A DNA stretch of 63,410 nt, filler included, from an uncultured Chlamydiae bacterium (lineage in GTDB: Bacteria > Chlamydiota > Chlamydiia > Chlamydiales > SM23-39): assembly GCA_937899275.1 (NCBI GenBank). It is 7 parts of 7 records of this genome, joined end to end, with 100 filler letters (N's around TTAATTAATTAA, not from the genome) between each part and the next. Parts side by side here need not be neighbours in the genome. Positions count along the whole stretch, not along the records: positions 1 to 4,194 come from CALBPE010000039.1; positions 4,295 to 21,379 come from CALBPE010000040.1; 5 more parts are not named here. One strand, written 5' to 3'. The notes beneath the pieces are model-generated. The model was given only the letters and a program-made list of their open reading frames with translations, was not told where the DNA came from and searched no databases. A program made the translations under genes and the position numbers. Positions 1 through 10,173 of this stretch are shown here, piece after piece; the stretch's first letter is position 1; every line of letters begins with the position of its first letter.

Positions 1-694
1 AAGTCGCGATAATTTGTTTTGTTCGTGCTATCTGTTTTTTTTTCATATCTTAAACAGTCTCATACATCTCTTCTGGAAAAGCCCTATAGAGCATACGCGA
101 AGAAAATAGAGCAAATAACCCCAGTAAAAAAGGGAGGCGCCAGTACCCCATCACAATCTCTTTTTCTGTGCACGCATAGCTCAATAAAAAAACAACTAAA
201 GAAGCGAGTAAAGCGCCTAAAGAAGTGCCCGACAAACAATAAGATAGAATCTGGTAGGCTCGAGTTTTTGGATAGAGCTTTTGTATAAAAAGCGCTGCTG
301 TAGGCAGCTCTCCTGCAAAAGATAGCCCCTGACAAAATCGGAAAACACAAAGAAGAAATGTAGATAGATCTCCTATATTCCTATAAGCAGGAATCATCCC
401 AATACAACATGTAGATACTCCCATAAGATTAAGGGCAAATATAAGCGCTTTTTTTTTGCCATAAGCATCTGTGATAAAACTAAAAAAAAGCGCGCCTACC
501 CCTCTTCCGAAGTAGCCTATAGAAAATACAAAAGCCACGCCAAAGTAGCCTTCATGTGGGAAAAACACCTGAGCTATATAGGGCATCATCAGCCCGTAGA
601 CTACAAAGTCGTAGTATTCCCAAACGGAACTACATGCCAGGCTCAGCCCTTTAATTAGAAGATTACGCTCAGGTGCACAAGTAGATGGTTGCAT
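1..694 (-). pseudogene. MFS transporter (MHS/ProP-like), interrupted by an in-frame TAA after the N-terminal half; runs off the window edge
   Basis: WEYYDFVVYG, D.YGKK and RFCQGLSFAGE MFS motifs. TAA at 52-50 is followed in the same frame by D-MKKKQIARTKQIIAT up to position 1. Confidence 0.7.
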
Positions 695-782
695 CTTGTA
701 TATTATGCAAGATATACAGGGTATTTTTCCTAGATTTTTCTCGACGAATTTCCACCTTTTTTATATAAGTTTTTCCGTTTTT

Positions 783-2348
783 ATGAAGGATTTTTCCTTG
801 CACTCCATCAGAAAACTTTTCGTTTTTTTTCTTATCCTGATTTGCATCTATTTGCGCGCTTATCCCTTTTCCACCAGTCTATTTTCCGCTGGAGCGCGCG
901 GTCAAGATGCAGACATTAAGGCATTTGCACTCGCCGAGTCCTACCGGGAAATGCAGGACTATGCATCTGCGATGCATTGGTATCACATGCGTTTAAAAAA
1001 CGATCCTTATGATGATTTCGAGTGCTGGTTTGCAAAATGGATGCTGGGAAGGTGCGCAGAAAACCTTAGCGATTATCCCACCGCCATTTATTGGTATCTA
1101 GAAGCGTTCAATGAAAAAATAGAGCGCCCAGAGCCTCTTTGGGATGTAGCGAGACTATACCGGATCCAGGGGAAAAACGCGCTGGGATATTTTTTTGCAA
1201 GCTCTGGCAAACAACTTGATTTAGACGCCGATCTGTCTAGATTTTACGAGGGATTTTCTCCCTATCATTTTGATATGGAGCTATCGATTACAGCGTATTA
1301 TACAAAATATAGGGCAGAGGGATTTGATGCATTAGAAAGGCTTTTGCTTACAAGAGATGTGCCTGCACGTTGCAAAGAAGGCATGCAAAATAACCTTCTT
1401 TTTTACGCATCTTCTATCAAAAAAATAAGCGACCAAGCCATCTCAATAGAGATGCCATTTGTCTCTCCTCTTTCTTCTGAAACGTACCACCCACTCAACC
1501 CCTCTATTCTGCCAAAAGATACGGGGTATTATATGATTTTGCGCGCAGTGAACTACACGCAAAAAAACGCGAAAGATTTTTTCACAAAGGATCTACACCA
1601 GGTATTTCGAACAAAAAACTTTCTTCTCGATCTAGATCAGAACTTTTCTGTTCTAAATGCACAAGAAATCCTACAACATACCGATACGATACGCTCTCAT
1701 CCTTATCAATATCCTGTAGAAGGCTTAGAAGACTGCCGGCTATTTTTTTACAATGAAGCGCTTTGGTTTTCTTGTACAAGTAGAACAACAAGAGCATCGA
1801 CTATCCCACAAATTGCTGTAGCTAGCCTAGATCTACCCAACGTGCGCGTGGAAACCCTCGTGCCGTTAAACGCATCTACAGAAGAGCGCTGCGAAAAAAA
1901 CTGGCTTCCCTTTGTCGTAAACGATGAAACGGTCTTGATTTATTCATTTGATCCATTTCTTATTGTAAAACCCGACCTAACTACAGGAAAATGCTCCATC
2001 TATCATAAAAGCATTCCAGCTTACGATCTTAGACTCCAACGAGGCTCTGCCCCTCCGATCCCTTTTGCAGATGGATATTTAGCGATGTCGCATGAAGTAA
2101 TTTTTCAAAAAGATCATGGTAGATCTTACCTACATCGATTCATCTACTTTACTAAAGACTTTGTAATACAAAAAGTATCTAAACCCTTTTTTTTCTTACA
2201 TCGAGGCGTGGAATTTTGCTGTTCAATGGCATGGAATATGGATCAAAAAGAGCTGATTATTCCCTATGGTTATGAAGATAGAGAGGCGCGGATTTGCCGT
2301 GTATCTGCCGACCATATTTATCACATGTTAGATATGCAAAAAAAATAA
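783..2348 (+). CDS. Exported TPR protein with a C-terminal five-bladed propeller (GH130/DUF377-like)
   Basis: Hydrophobic N-terminus, TPR helices (ALAESY...YWYLEAF...RPEPL), then NPSI, GLEDCRLF, EKNWLPF, RGSAPPIPF, HRFIYF, GVEFC and YGYEDREA. ATG 783 preferred over TTG 696. Confidence 0.7.
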   Translation: MKDFSLHSIRKLFVFFLILICIYLRAYPFSTSLFSAGARGQDADIKAFALAESYREMQDYASAMHWYHMRLKNDPYDDFECWFAKWMLGRCAENLSDYPTAIYWYLEAFNEKIERPEPLWDVARLYRIQGKNALGYFFASSGKQLDLDADLSRFYEGFSPYHFDMELSITAYYTKYRAEGFDALERLLLTRDVPARCKEGMQNNLLFYASSIKKISDQAISIEMPFVSPLSSETYHPLNPSILPKDTGYYMILRAVNYTQKNAKDFFTKDLHQVFRTKNFLLDLDQNFSVLNAQEILQHTDTIRSHPYQYPVEGLEDCRLFFYNEALWFSCTSRTTRASTIPQIAVASLDLPNVRVETLVPLNASTEERCEKNWLPFVVNDETVLIYSFDPFLIVKPDLTTGKCSIYHKSIPAYDLRLQRGSAPPIPFADGYLAMSHEVIFQKDHGRSYLHRFIYFTKDFVIQKVSKPFFFLHRGVEFCCSMAWNMDQKELIIPYGYEDREARICRVSADHIYHMLDMQKK

Positions 2349-2454
2349 TTCCTACCCTGTACTCACCTTATATCCCATTTTTATACTAGTTCTTTAGCTA
2401 TTATCCTTGACTTAGAATCTTTATTTATTTAATCAGAATTTAAGGAGGAGTATT

Positions 2455-3534
2455 TTGCGTCTTACTTATAAATTCATCCTATTTTTCTTTCTATGCGCTT
2501 TACCCATCAACAATCCACGAAAAACGGGTAGAGTCATTTATGAGATACAGAATTTTTTCTCTGAATCGATTCTGAGGCTTGCTTCAATTTTTCAAGTAGC
2601 TTTGCAAGAAGAGACTTCAGAGGATCTGTATGATGAGCCTGTAGCATCTGCAAGTGACTTTTTTTCCTATTCATTACAAAAAGAAGAGCTAGTGCAAGAA
2701 GATCCTCCCCATCCAGAAGAGCTGGATATTAGAAGCTCAATTTTTAAGCTCATTACAATTCGCAACATCACCAATTTTGGAGGAAGTTGCTGCGATGTAT
2801 TTGATGACAACTACACTTCATTTGGATTTACCATAGGACCTGACCTGCATCCTGAAACGCCTTTGCCTTTACTTGATCTTAGGGGTTACCGCTTCATGAA
2901 CGAACGCTACGGTTTAATTGGAGGCCTTGCTGTCCGCTTTCCGTTTAATACTTTTGATGACTGCCAACTTGTCGGCATCAATACGGCGTATCAGTACCGC
3001 GCTACATTTAACGGGAAGTTTCATCAAGTAAGCGTAGGTATTGAATATCTCACAAAATTATTAGAGTTCCGAGCGCATGCCTATGTACCTTTAGGAGCAA
3101 CAGAACTTTGCTCAACCTGCATTTTTGATGATTACGCAGGCGATTACATTGTGAATTACAACTTCACAGAAAAAGTATCCTATGCATTTAGCGCAGAGCT
3201 AGGTGGGTATCTTTACAACTCTGATCTATTTTCAATATATTTTGCAGCAGGGCCCTACCATATTTACGCAATCGATTATGAAAATGATGAAACAGGTCTA
3301 GAAGTACTTCTTAAGCCTCGATATGAAGATATTTTATCAGGTGAGATCAAATACCGTTACGATTCTTTATTTCATTCCAAGTGGCAAGCAGAAATTTCTT
3401 TTCATGTCCCTTTGTATCGAACAGGCAGAAAAAAAGAGCCTTGTTCGATACCAAATTTCCAAATTTATCAACCTCTTAGATTTATCGATGCGATTCCCAT
3501 TGGCAAGAAAAAATGCTGGGAAACCAACTATTAA
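2455..3534 (+). CDS. Inverse autotransporter (intimin/invasin-type) beta-barrel domain protein without passenger domain
   Basis: DLRGYRF, G.NTAYQYR, FHQVSVGIEYL and EFRAHAYVPLG match the IAT_beta pattern seen in environmental chlamydiae. Strong AAGGAGG RBS before TTG. Confidence 0.7.
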   Translation: MRLTYKFILFFFLCALPINNPRKTGRVIYEIQNFFSESILRLASIFQVALQEETSEDLYDEPVASASDFFSYSLQKEELVQEDPPHPEELDIRSSIFKLITIRNITNFGGSCCDVFDDNYTSFGFTIGPDLHPETPLPLLDLRGYRFMNERYGLIGGLAVRFPFNTFDDCQLVGINTAYQYRATFNGKFHQVSVGIEYLTKLLEFRAHAYVPLGATELCSTCIFDDYAGDYIVNYNFTEKVSYAFSAELGGYLYNSDLFSIYFAAGPYHIYAIDYENDETGLEVLLKPRYEDILSGEIKYRYDSLFHSKWQAEISFHVPLYRTGRKKEPCSIPNFQIYQPLRFIDAIPIGKKKCWETNY

Positions 3535-3619
3535 ATTATTTTTTTGATAAAAACGTTTTTCTTCAGTAGACTAACTTGTTTTTTAGAGTATGCCTGTCTT
3601 TACCCGATTCTTTTACTAA

Positions 3620-4194
<575 letters not shown>

Positions 4195-4294
4195 NNNNNN
4201 NNNNNNNNNNNNNNNNNNNNNNNNNNNNNNNNNNNNNNTTAATTAATTAANNNNNNNNNNNNNNNNNNNNNNNNNNNNNNNNNNNNNNNNNNNN
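4195..4294. other. Artificial contig linker
   Basis: 44 N + TTAATTAATTAA + 44 N; the identical linker recurs five more times. Confidence 0.98.
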
Positions 4295-4417
4295 TTTTGC
4301 AGGTTCTATAGGCGGAGCTTCTATTTCTGTGGTTCGCCAATATATTGAACAACAGCAGGAAATTGGGTGAGCTCTACATCCTCCACCTGAAGGAAGAGGC
4401 TTTGCGCTCTACTTTCG
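4295..4417 (+). mobile_element. tnpA: IS200/IS605-family element: 3' end of Y1 transposase plus terminal hairpin
   Basis: 4296-4370 reads FAGSIGGASISVVRQYIEQQQEIG* (TnpA catalytic-Tyr helix). Subterminal hairpin at 4380-4399; TTAC target at 4421-4418 on the minus strand. Confidence 0.85.
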
Positions 4418-5085
4418 GTAATTGCGCAATCTCTGGAATATTTTGGGGATTTTCTTTGAGCAATTGCTTTATATTAAAAGATAAATTGTGACGCGTCATA
4501 GAGCGTAAAACCTGTGGTTTTTTATCTTGAGCAATAGCGCCTTCTTCGTCTAAATCTAAGCTCAAACGAAAAAATTCTTTCTGCTGTTCTTCTGTTAAAT
4601 GATTGAGATCTTTTTTTTGCCAAGACTCTAGGTAATACTCGCAGAACTTCCTATATTGGTCTTTAGCCATTGCAATATAGTGCTGTTCGATTGTTCGCAC
4701 TGTTTTTTTCTTCTTAGCCCAGTTAGCGTATTTGGAAATGATGCAGGCTGCTATGCAATCGATTTTTTCCTCGATGCTGTTTTTTTCCACCTCACATCGG
4801 ATCAGTTTGGCAAGCCCATTAATGTACCACTCTTGGTGTACATCGATCCATGTATTCATGGTTTTGGTAAAACCTTGTTTAATTATAGATAAATCTCGAA
4901 GAACAAAGCCCTATACCACACCTACAAAAAGCGTAGCAGCATAAGAAAAATAGGAGCTATGATAAGCCAAAAACACAAAGCCGCATACTGTTAAAGCGGT
5001 GATAGCTACCTGTAAACATAAGATCTTTTTGGAAATAGTGAAATAATCCAGATCTTAAGAAGCAGGTTCACACTTTTTAACCCAG
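4374..5085 (-). pseudogene. Degraded fourth member of the Inc-like tandem family
   Basis: The frame upstream of the 161-aa ORF encodes a hydrophobic hairpin plus RDL...WID, with in-frame stops at 5057-5055 and 4913-4911. The 3' end runs into the IS605 end. Confidence 0.65.
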
Positions 5086-5086
5086 T

Positions 5087-5893
5087 TTAAAACAGATAGG
5101 GACCAAGTAAAGCGGCTCTTGCAAATATCTTTGGTACTGATCGCGGTTGGAACTTTTTAAATAACAGCCTTGCTAGATTTGCATTTTTTTTCTGCTGAAG
5201 GCTGTCTTTAACTATAAAAAGTAAAGCAAAAGAGCGGATCGACTGTTTTTCAGGGCTAGCCAAGAGATTACTCTTAGCATGTTCGGATAAGAGCAAATCA
5301 TCGGTTTGCTTCTGAATAGAACGTAGATCTGTCTCTACAGTATCTGAAGAGTAGAGCTCGCTCCTAAAGCGGGCAAAAGCCGCTTTGTAGAATTTTTCCA
5401 TAAAGGATTGATGCTGCTTATCCCCTTTTGGATATTGCTTGATCTCAGCCGCATACAGCGAAATAAGATCAGATCCTGCAGGAGAAAAGTCTTTTTCAGC
5501 CCAGATTTTTTGTGTTATCTTTTTTGCAAAAGATGCATCTGGATTAAGCAGCTGTTTTTCAAGCCAGTTCTCTGCTTGCTGCGCGCCCGTTTTTTCAATG
5601 AGTAGCGCATCTCCTAAAAGAGCGCCAAATACGCCAAATCCAATGACGCTCCATTTAACGGCTAATCCAGAAAGGGCATAAATAGTAGATATAATAAGGG
5701 CGCTTAAAGATAAGATCACAGCTGCTATGGCAATCGCCTTAACAACCGACACTCTTTTTTGAAACGCAGATATAGCAAGGTCTTTGGGGTAAATAACGTG
5801 AAATTTAGAAGCGGGCTTGGAAAAACCAGAATGGTAGGAATAAAGACAGCTACCAATACAACAAGCAGAAACCATTACTATCCTCTGTAACAT
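5087..5893 (-). CDS. Inc-like membrane protein (tandem family)
   Basis: Bilobed hydrophobic segment, ENWL motif, C-terminal KKFQPRSVPKIF..AALLGPYLF. Confidence 0.65.
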   Translation of the reverse strand: MLQRIVMVSACCIGSCLYSYHSGFSKPASKFHVIYPKDLAISAFQKRVSVVKAIAIAAVILSLSALIISTIYALSGLAVKWSVIGFGVFGALLGDALLIEKTGAQQAENWLEKQLLNPDASFAKKITQKIWAEKDFSPAGSDLISLYAAEIKQYPKGDKQHQSFMEKFYKAAFARFRSELYSSDTVETDLRSIQKQTDDLLLSEHAKSNLLASPEKQSIRSFALLFIVKDSLQQKKNANLARLLFKKFQPRSVPKIFARAALLGPYLF

Positions 5894-6047
5894 TACAAGA
5901 AGTAAAATCTACACAAATAGCGTTTTTATTTAAAATAAAAAATTACATAAGAAGTGCCTATTGAGGGGCTTTTCGTCTTATCTCTTATGCAGTGGGTGTG
6001 TTTACTTTTAGAGTGCAGGGCCGCTATTTCTTCCAGTCGCGTTAGTC

Positions 6048-7244
6048 CTAAAATGCTTTAGTAGTAAGAGAGCGTTGTAAAATAAATTTAAACAATTGAT
6101 TGCGAATAGGGTAAAACCCTAAAAGGACCGTCCACTTAAAACTAGACGATATTTTTTCATTTTGAAAAGATCCAAATACTGCACGAAATATCTTAGAATC
6201 TTTTTTATCGATTAACAGCTTTTTCACAATATACCCTACCAAAAGAACAGGATAAGCTTCTTGTTCCATAAGACATTCTACTAAGCTATCAAAATCTTGT
6301 TTTTGTCTTTCGATATAGGTTTTGATTTTTTCATCTGTATCTTTTTGCGCTGCAGCTTGCCGTGTTTGTAATTGCAATGTACTTTTGAGATATGTATCTA
6401 CCCGCTGTTTTATCTTTTGATCGGAAAATCTCCTTCCTATGTGAAGAACGGCTTGTTCTTCCAAAGAATACCAGTTTTTTTTATGTAAATTGACTTTTGG
6501 CTCTCTATTTACATATTCCTCTTCAAGAGTTTCAGCAACTTGTAGTAACCAGCGCTTTACAATCACTGATTTAAGAGCCTGCATAAATTGTTTATTATAT
6601 GCAAAATGATCCCAGAGCTCGCCCGTCTTTTGTTTGAGCTCTTTTCCTAAATCCTGCGTCTTACTCTCATCTAATTCTAGATTAGTTAGACGCTTAATTT
6701 TTCTTAAAATGGAGGTTGTTATTGAATTCTTGCTACCGAGCTTTTCATATTTTTCACATACATCTTTTAACCTTTCTAGGTCAGAGATAAGTACAGAAGA
6801 TAGGACCACTTCTTTAGAATAAGATGTTCTACGCGCAATATTTTGCAGATCTTCTGTTAAACTACTCGCTAGCCAGGGTTCTTCTAGTAAAGTTAAAAGC
6901 TCAGGTAGGTATTCATGTTGTTCGTAATCAATCCAGCGTTCTAATTTCTGCTGGATACTAGGCCCAATGACAAAAAGGTCCCAAGAAATAATAGAAGATA
7001 GAATAAAGCCCGCCTTAGCAAGTACCGCAAACCAAGGCGGGAGAGTATATATGTGCAAAATAGCTGCCGCAACAAGGGATAAGGCAGCAAGTCCAATAGC
7101 TATAATCCGAAGAAAAGGTTTAGTTTTTCGCAAAGAAGGTGGAGCGTGCTGTACATTGATCGAGCAATTGGGCGGCAAATAAGATGTGCCAATAAACGAG
7201 CTAGAAGAGGTCATAAAAACTATATCCAATAAAATTGCATTCAA
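6048..7244 (-). CDS. Inc-like membrane protein with long helical region (tandem family)
   Basis: Bilobed TM, WDL...ERWID, C-terminal FQNEKISSSFKWTVLLGFYP. True start may be ATG 7214. Confidence 0.7.
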   Translation of the reverse strand: MNAILLDIVFMTSSSSFIGTSYLPPNCSINVQHAPPSLRKTKPFLRIIAIGLAALSLVAAAILHIYTLPPWFAVLAKAGFILSSIISWDLFVIGPSIQQKLERWIDYEQHEYLPELLTLLEEPWLASSLTEDLQNIARRTSYSKEVVLSSVLISDLERLKDVCEKYEKLGSKNSITTSILRKIKRLTNLELDESKTQDLGKELKQKTGELWDHFAYNKQFMQALKSVIVKRWLLQVAETLEEEYVNREPKVNLHKKNWYSLEEQAVLHIGRRFSDQKIKQRVDTYLKSTLQLQTRQAAAQKDTDEKIKTYIERQKQDFDSLVECLMEQEAYPVLLVGYIVKKLLIDKKDSKIFRAVFGSFQNEKISSSFKWTVLLGFYPIRNQLFKFILQRSLTTKAF

Positions 7245-7311
7245 TTTTCATGCATCTTTTTTTTATAAGCAACCTAAAATGATTTTTTGTAAAGTTTTTT
7301 TACAGATCCTA

Positions 7312-8265
7312 CTAAAAAGGATAAAACCGGAGAAGAAACGTCCAACTAAACACGCTGGAAATATTCTTAGGCTGAAAGTTTTTTAGGACGGCTTCTGCAA
7401 TCTGAGGGTATTTGTTTTTTATCAAAAGCCCTCTGGTTAAGTGCGCTATGATCCATTCATGAAACCCTTTTTTACAATTGAGATGAGCGCATAGACGCAT
7501 TGTATCTTCTTTTGTCCAGGGCTGCGTTTTTGCTAAAAATGCCTTAGTTACTACATCGGGAAATCGTTTGCAAGCAGCGGTAAAAACCGTCTGCATTTCT
7601 TGTTTTTCTTCGCAATACTCAATAAGCCAACTTGCGACCTCTTCCAACTTTTTATCCGCAGCAATAGATCTCAGAAGAGAGGGAAACATGCTTTTAGATG
7701 TAAAATAGGTGCATATAAGTGATAAATCGTCTGCGGTGATATCGGCAATGTCAACTGTGGATAGAAATTTTCTTATAGTAAAGTCGAAAGAACGTGCGCA
7801 CACAGCAGCTAGAAGCTGGGGCTCAAAAGAAAATTCTATAGCAAGACTCTTAGCCCAAGAAGATGCGCCTTTGTCTTGATTTGCAAAAAGCTCGCTCATC
7901 GCCCCTTTTACTCTATCCAAGCGGTCGCTATTGCCTAGAGCCTTTACAAGCGTATCCACATACTTTTCTTGATGGTAGTCAATCCAGTTTTCCACTGCTT
8001 TTTGACTATTTCGTTTTAGCATCAAAAGATCCCATACGAAAACAGCAGATAAAGTGACCATAACTTTTGCCAGGGTATGCACCCAAAAGGGAAAGGGGTA
8101 AATAGATAGCGCTACAACGGCAAATAAAGCAATGGCAGATAGAGCAATGGCAGCGATCTTCAGAAACGATTGTTTTTTTTGAAATAGAGTGAAGGGAGCG
8201 TTTTTAGGAAAAACCACCTTATCTAAAACATAATTGTTGTTGGGATAACAGCAGCAAAGAGTCAT
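7312..8265 (-). CDS. Inc-like membrane protein (tandem family)
   Basis: Bilobed TM, WDL...ENWID, C-terminal FQPKNISSVFSWTFLLRFYPF. Confidence 0.7.
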   Translation of the reverse strand: MTLCCCYPNNNYVLDKVVFPKNAPFTLFQKKQSFLKIAAIALSAIALFAVVALSIYPFPFWVHTLAKVMVTLSAVFVWDLLMLKRNSQKAVENWIDYHQEKYVDTLVKALGNSDRLDRVKGAMSELFANQDKGASSWAKSLAIEFSFEPQLLAAVCARSFDFTIRKFLSTVDIADITADDLSLICTYFTSKSMFPSLLRSIAADKKLEEVASWLIEYCEEKQEMQTVFTAACKRFPDVVTKAFLAKTQPWTKEDTMRLCAHLNCKKGFHEWIIAHLTRGLLIKNKYPQIAEAVLKNFQPKNISSVFSWTFLLRFYPF

Positions 8266-8394
8266 AAAAAAACCTAATAAATAAAATTAAATTTATGACA
8301 TATTTTGATAATTCGTAAAGGAAAAAGAAGCAGCTTGAAACGCCAAAAGACTAGCGATAAGTCTCACAAAACACCTGTAGAAAAAAACAATACC

Positions 8395-9273
8395 TTACGT
8401 AAAAAACAGCGTGGATAAAGCAAACGCCATCACTAGTAAAATCGAGGTAAAAAACACCGACCTTGCCCAAGTTTGACTATCTTTTTTCCACAGGCCTGTT
8501 AGGCACTGAAAAAGCCAGTAAAGACTCAGCCCACCTGTCAGCGCCAAATACCCTATTTTCCCTCTAAAATAGGGGGTCAGCATACCCACAGTAGCGGTAA
8601 ATAAAATACAAAAACCCAACATATGCCATTTGGTTTTTTCTACCCCTTTTTTTAACGGAAATACAGGCAGCCTAGCTTTTTGAAATTCCTCAATACGGAA
8701 TAAAGAAATCGCATAAAAATGGGGCATCTGCCAAAAAACAAAAAGGAGAAATACAAGAAAAAAAAGGCGGTAATCGAAGTCTACAGAAATAGAGTCAGTA
8801 GCTGCTGCATAACCCACTAAAGGAGGCACTGCTCCCGGAATACTTCCTACTAAAGTAGCATAGGGCGATACGTATTTCATAAAAGTATAGATCGCTACGT
8901 AAAAAAATAGACCAAAAAAAGCAAGTGCAATAGAAAAAGAGCCAAGAGGATAGAGAAAACCTCCTCCTATAAAAGCCAGCGCCGATGCAAAGAAAAAGGC
9001 TTGTTTTTTCTCAATGACTCCTGTAACAAGCGGCCTATTTTTTGTCCGATCCATGGTTTGATCAAGCTCAATATCAAAACAGTTATTAAACGTACAAGCA
9101 GAAGCGATGATACAAGAAAGGCCAAAAAGCAAACAAAAAAACGCTTGAAGATGCACCTCTCCTTTCATGACAAGAAGGTATCCAGAAACCGCGCTGATAG
9201 CATTTGCCATAACAATCCCTGGTTTAGTCAGAGAAATGTAGCTTCTAACTACAGTTTTTATCGCGGTTTCCAT
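8395..9273 (-). CDS. cyoE: Heme O synthase (protoheme IX farnesyltransferase)
   Basis: LTKPGI, D.D..M.RT.NRPL and FWQMPHFYAI motifs; last gene of the cyo operon. Confidence 0.95.
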   Translation of the reverse strand: METAIKTVVRSYISLTKPGIVMANAISAVSGYLLVMKGEVHLQAFFCLLFGLSCIIASACTFNNCFDIELDQTMDRTKNRPLVTGVIEKKQAFFFASALAFIGGGFLYPLGSFSIALAFFGLFFYVAIYTFMKYVSPYATLVGSIPGAVPPLVGYAAATDSISVDFDYRLFFLVFLLFVFWQMPHFYAISLFRIEEFQKARLPVFPLKKGVEKTKWHMLGFCILFTATVGMLTPYFRGKIGYLALTGGLSLYWLFQCLTGLWKKDSQTWARSVFFTSILLVMAFALSTLFFT

Positions 9274-9287
9274 ACCCTCTCCCTTTG

Positions 9288-9614
9288 TTAGCTTCGCATT
9301 AAATTATGATCGAGACTTTGTAAAATCCAAATAGTTCCCGTTACAACAATGAATAAGATGCATGTTGTAAATAAAAAAGCATATAGATTCCAGCGAGGCG
9401 TTTGCTCCATACCTAAATGAAGAAAAAAGAAAAACTGGGCTAGTCCTTGTAACACACAAAGCGTCATAATCGTAAATAATATGGTGGACGGATTTGTTAA
9501 GTGCACTTGATCTAAACGATAAGCTGCATAAATCAGCACTAGGGAAATCACAAAGCCTAGTATTTGAGGTTTGAGGCTGCAATTCCAGCCGTAATGATCA
9601 TCCATAATACCCAT
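9288..9614 (-). CDS. cyoD: Cytochrome bo3 quinol oxidase subunit IV
   Basis: Small 3-TM protein with Q...Q..FFLH and GTIWI...L..N; operon position. Confidence 0.9.
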   Translation of the reverse strand: MGIMDDHYGWNCSLKPQILGFVISLVLIYAAYRLDQVHLTNPSTILFTIMTLCVLQGLAQFFFFLHLGMEQTPRWNLYAFLFTTCILFIVVTGTIWILQSLDHNLMRS

Positions 9615-10173
9615 CTACTCCCATGAGATATACGATTGTAAAAATAAAGATCCAAACGATGTTTAAAAATTGCCAAAACATCCGAAAACAGGTCAGTCTC
9701 CTCACATCTACATCCCGAATTTGTGTAAAAAATAGGGGCAAAAGAAGAACGATCATCCAAAAAAGACAAAAAACGATATGCAGTCCGTGAGTACCAATCA
9801 AAGTAAAATAGGCTGATAAGAAAGCCGATTGATCCCATGTGTAGTTTCTGCTTGCAATAGAGAAGAGATTCAAAAATTCTAACGCAGCAAAACCTGCCCC
9901 TAAAATCCATGCTAGAAAAAAGTAAATAAGCGTATTTCTGCGATCTTTTCGGTGTAGATACGCTCCCGCAAGTCCAGCAGCGGTGCTGCTCGATAGCAAA
10001 ATAAGCGTCTCTCCAAAAGCATACTTCAAAGAAAACAGTTTATTTGTATCATTGCCCTTTTGTAAAAATGCGTATACGGCAAAGAGCGTTCCAAAAAAGA
10101 GAAAATCGCTCAAAATATAGAGCCATGTACCAAATACAGCCCGATCATAGGTGTCTTGTACGCCGCTGCTCAT
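9598..10173 (-). CDS. cyoC: Cytochrome bo3 quinol oxidase subunit III
   Basis: FG.WLYILSD, ETLILLSSS, SAFLSAYFTLIGTHGLH motifs. Confidence 0.93.
   Translation of the reverse strand: MSSGVQDTYDRAVFGTWLYILSDFLFFGTLFAVYAFLQKGNDTNKLFSLKYAFGETLILLSSSTAAGLAGAYLHRKDRRNTLIYFFLAWILGAGFAALEFLNLFSIASRNYTWDQSAFLSAYFTLIGTHGLHIVFCLFWMIVLLLPLFFTQIRDVDVRRLTCFRMFWQFLNIVWIFIFTIVYLMGVDGYYG

Noticed and set aside
4195..4294. TTAATTAATTAA palindrome inside N runs, six times
   Set aside because: Identical 100-bp all-frame-stop linker added during contig concatenation; ORF ends such as XXXLIN are artefacts.
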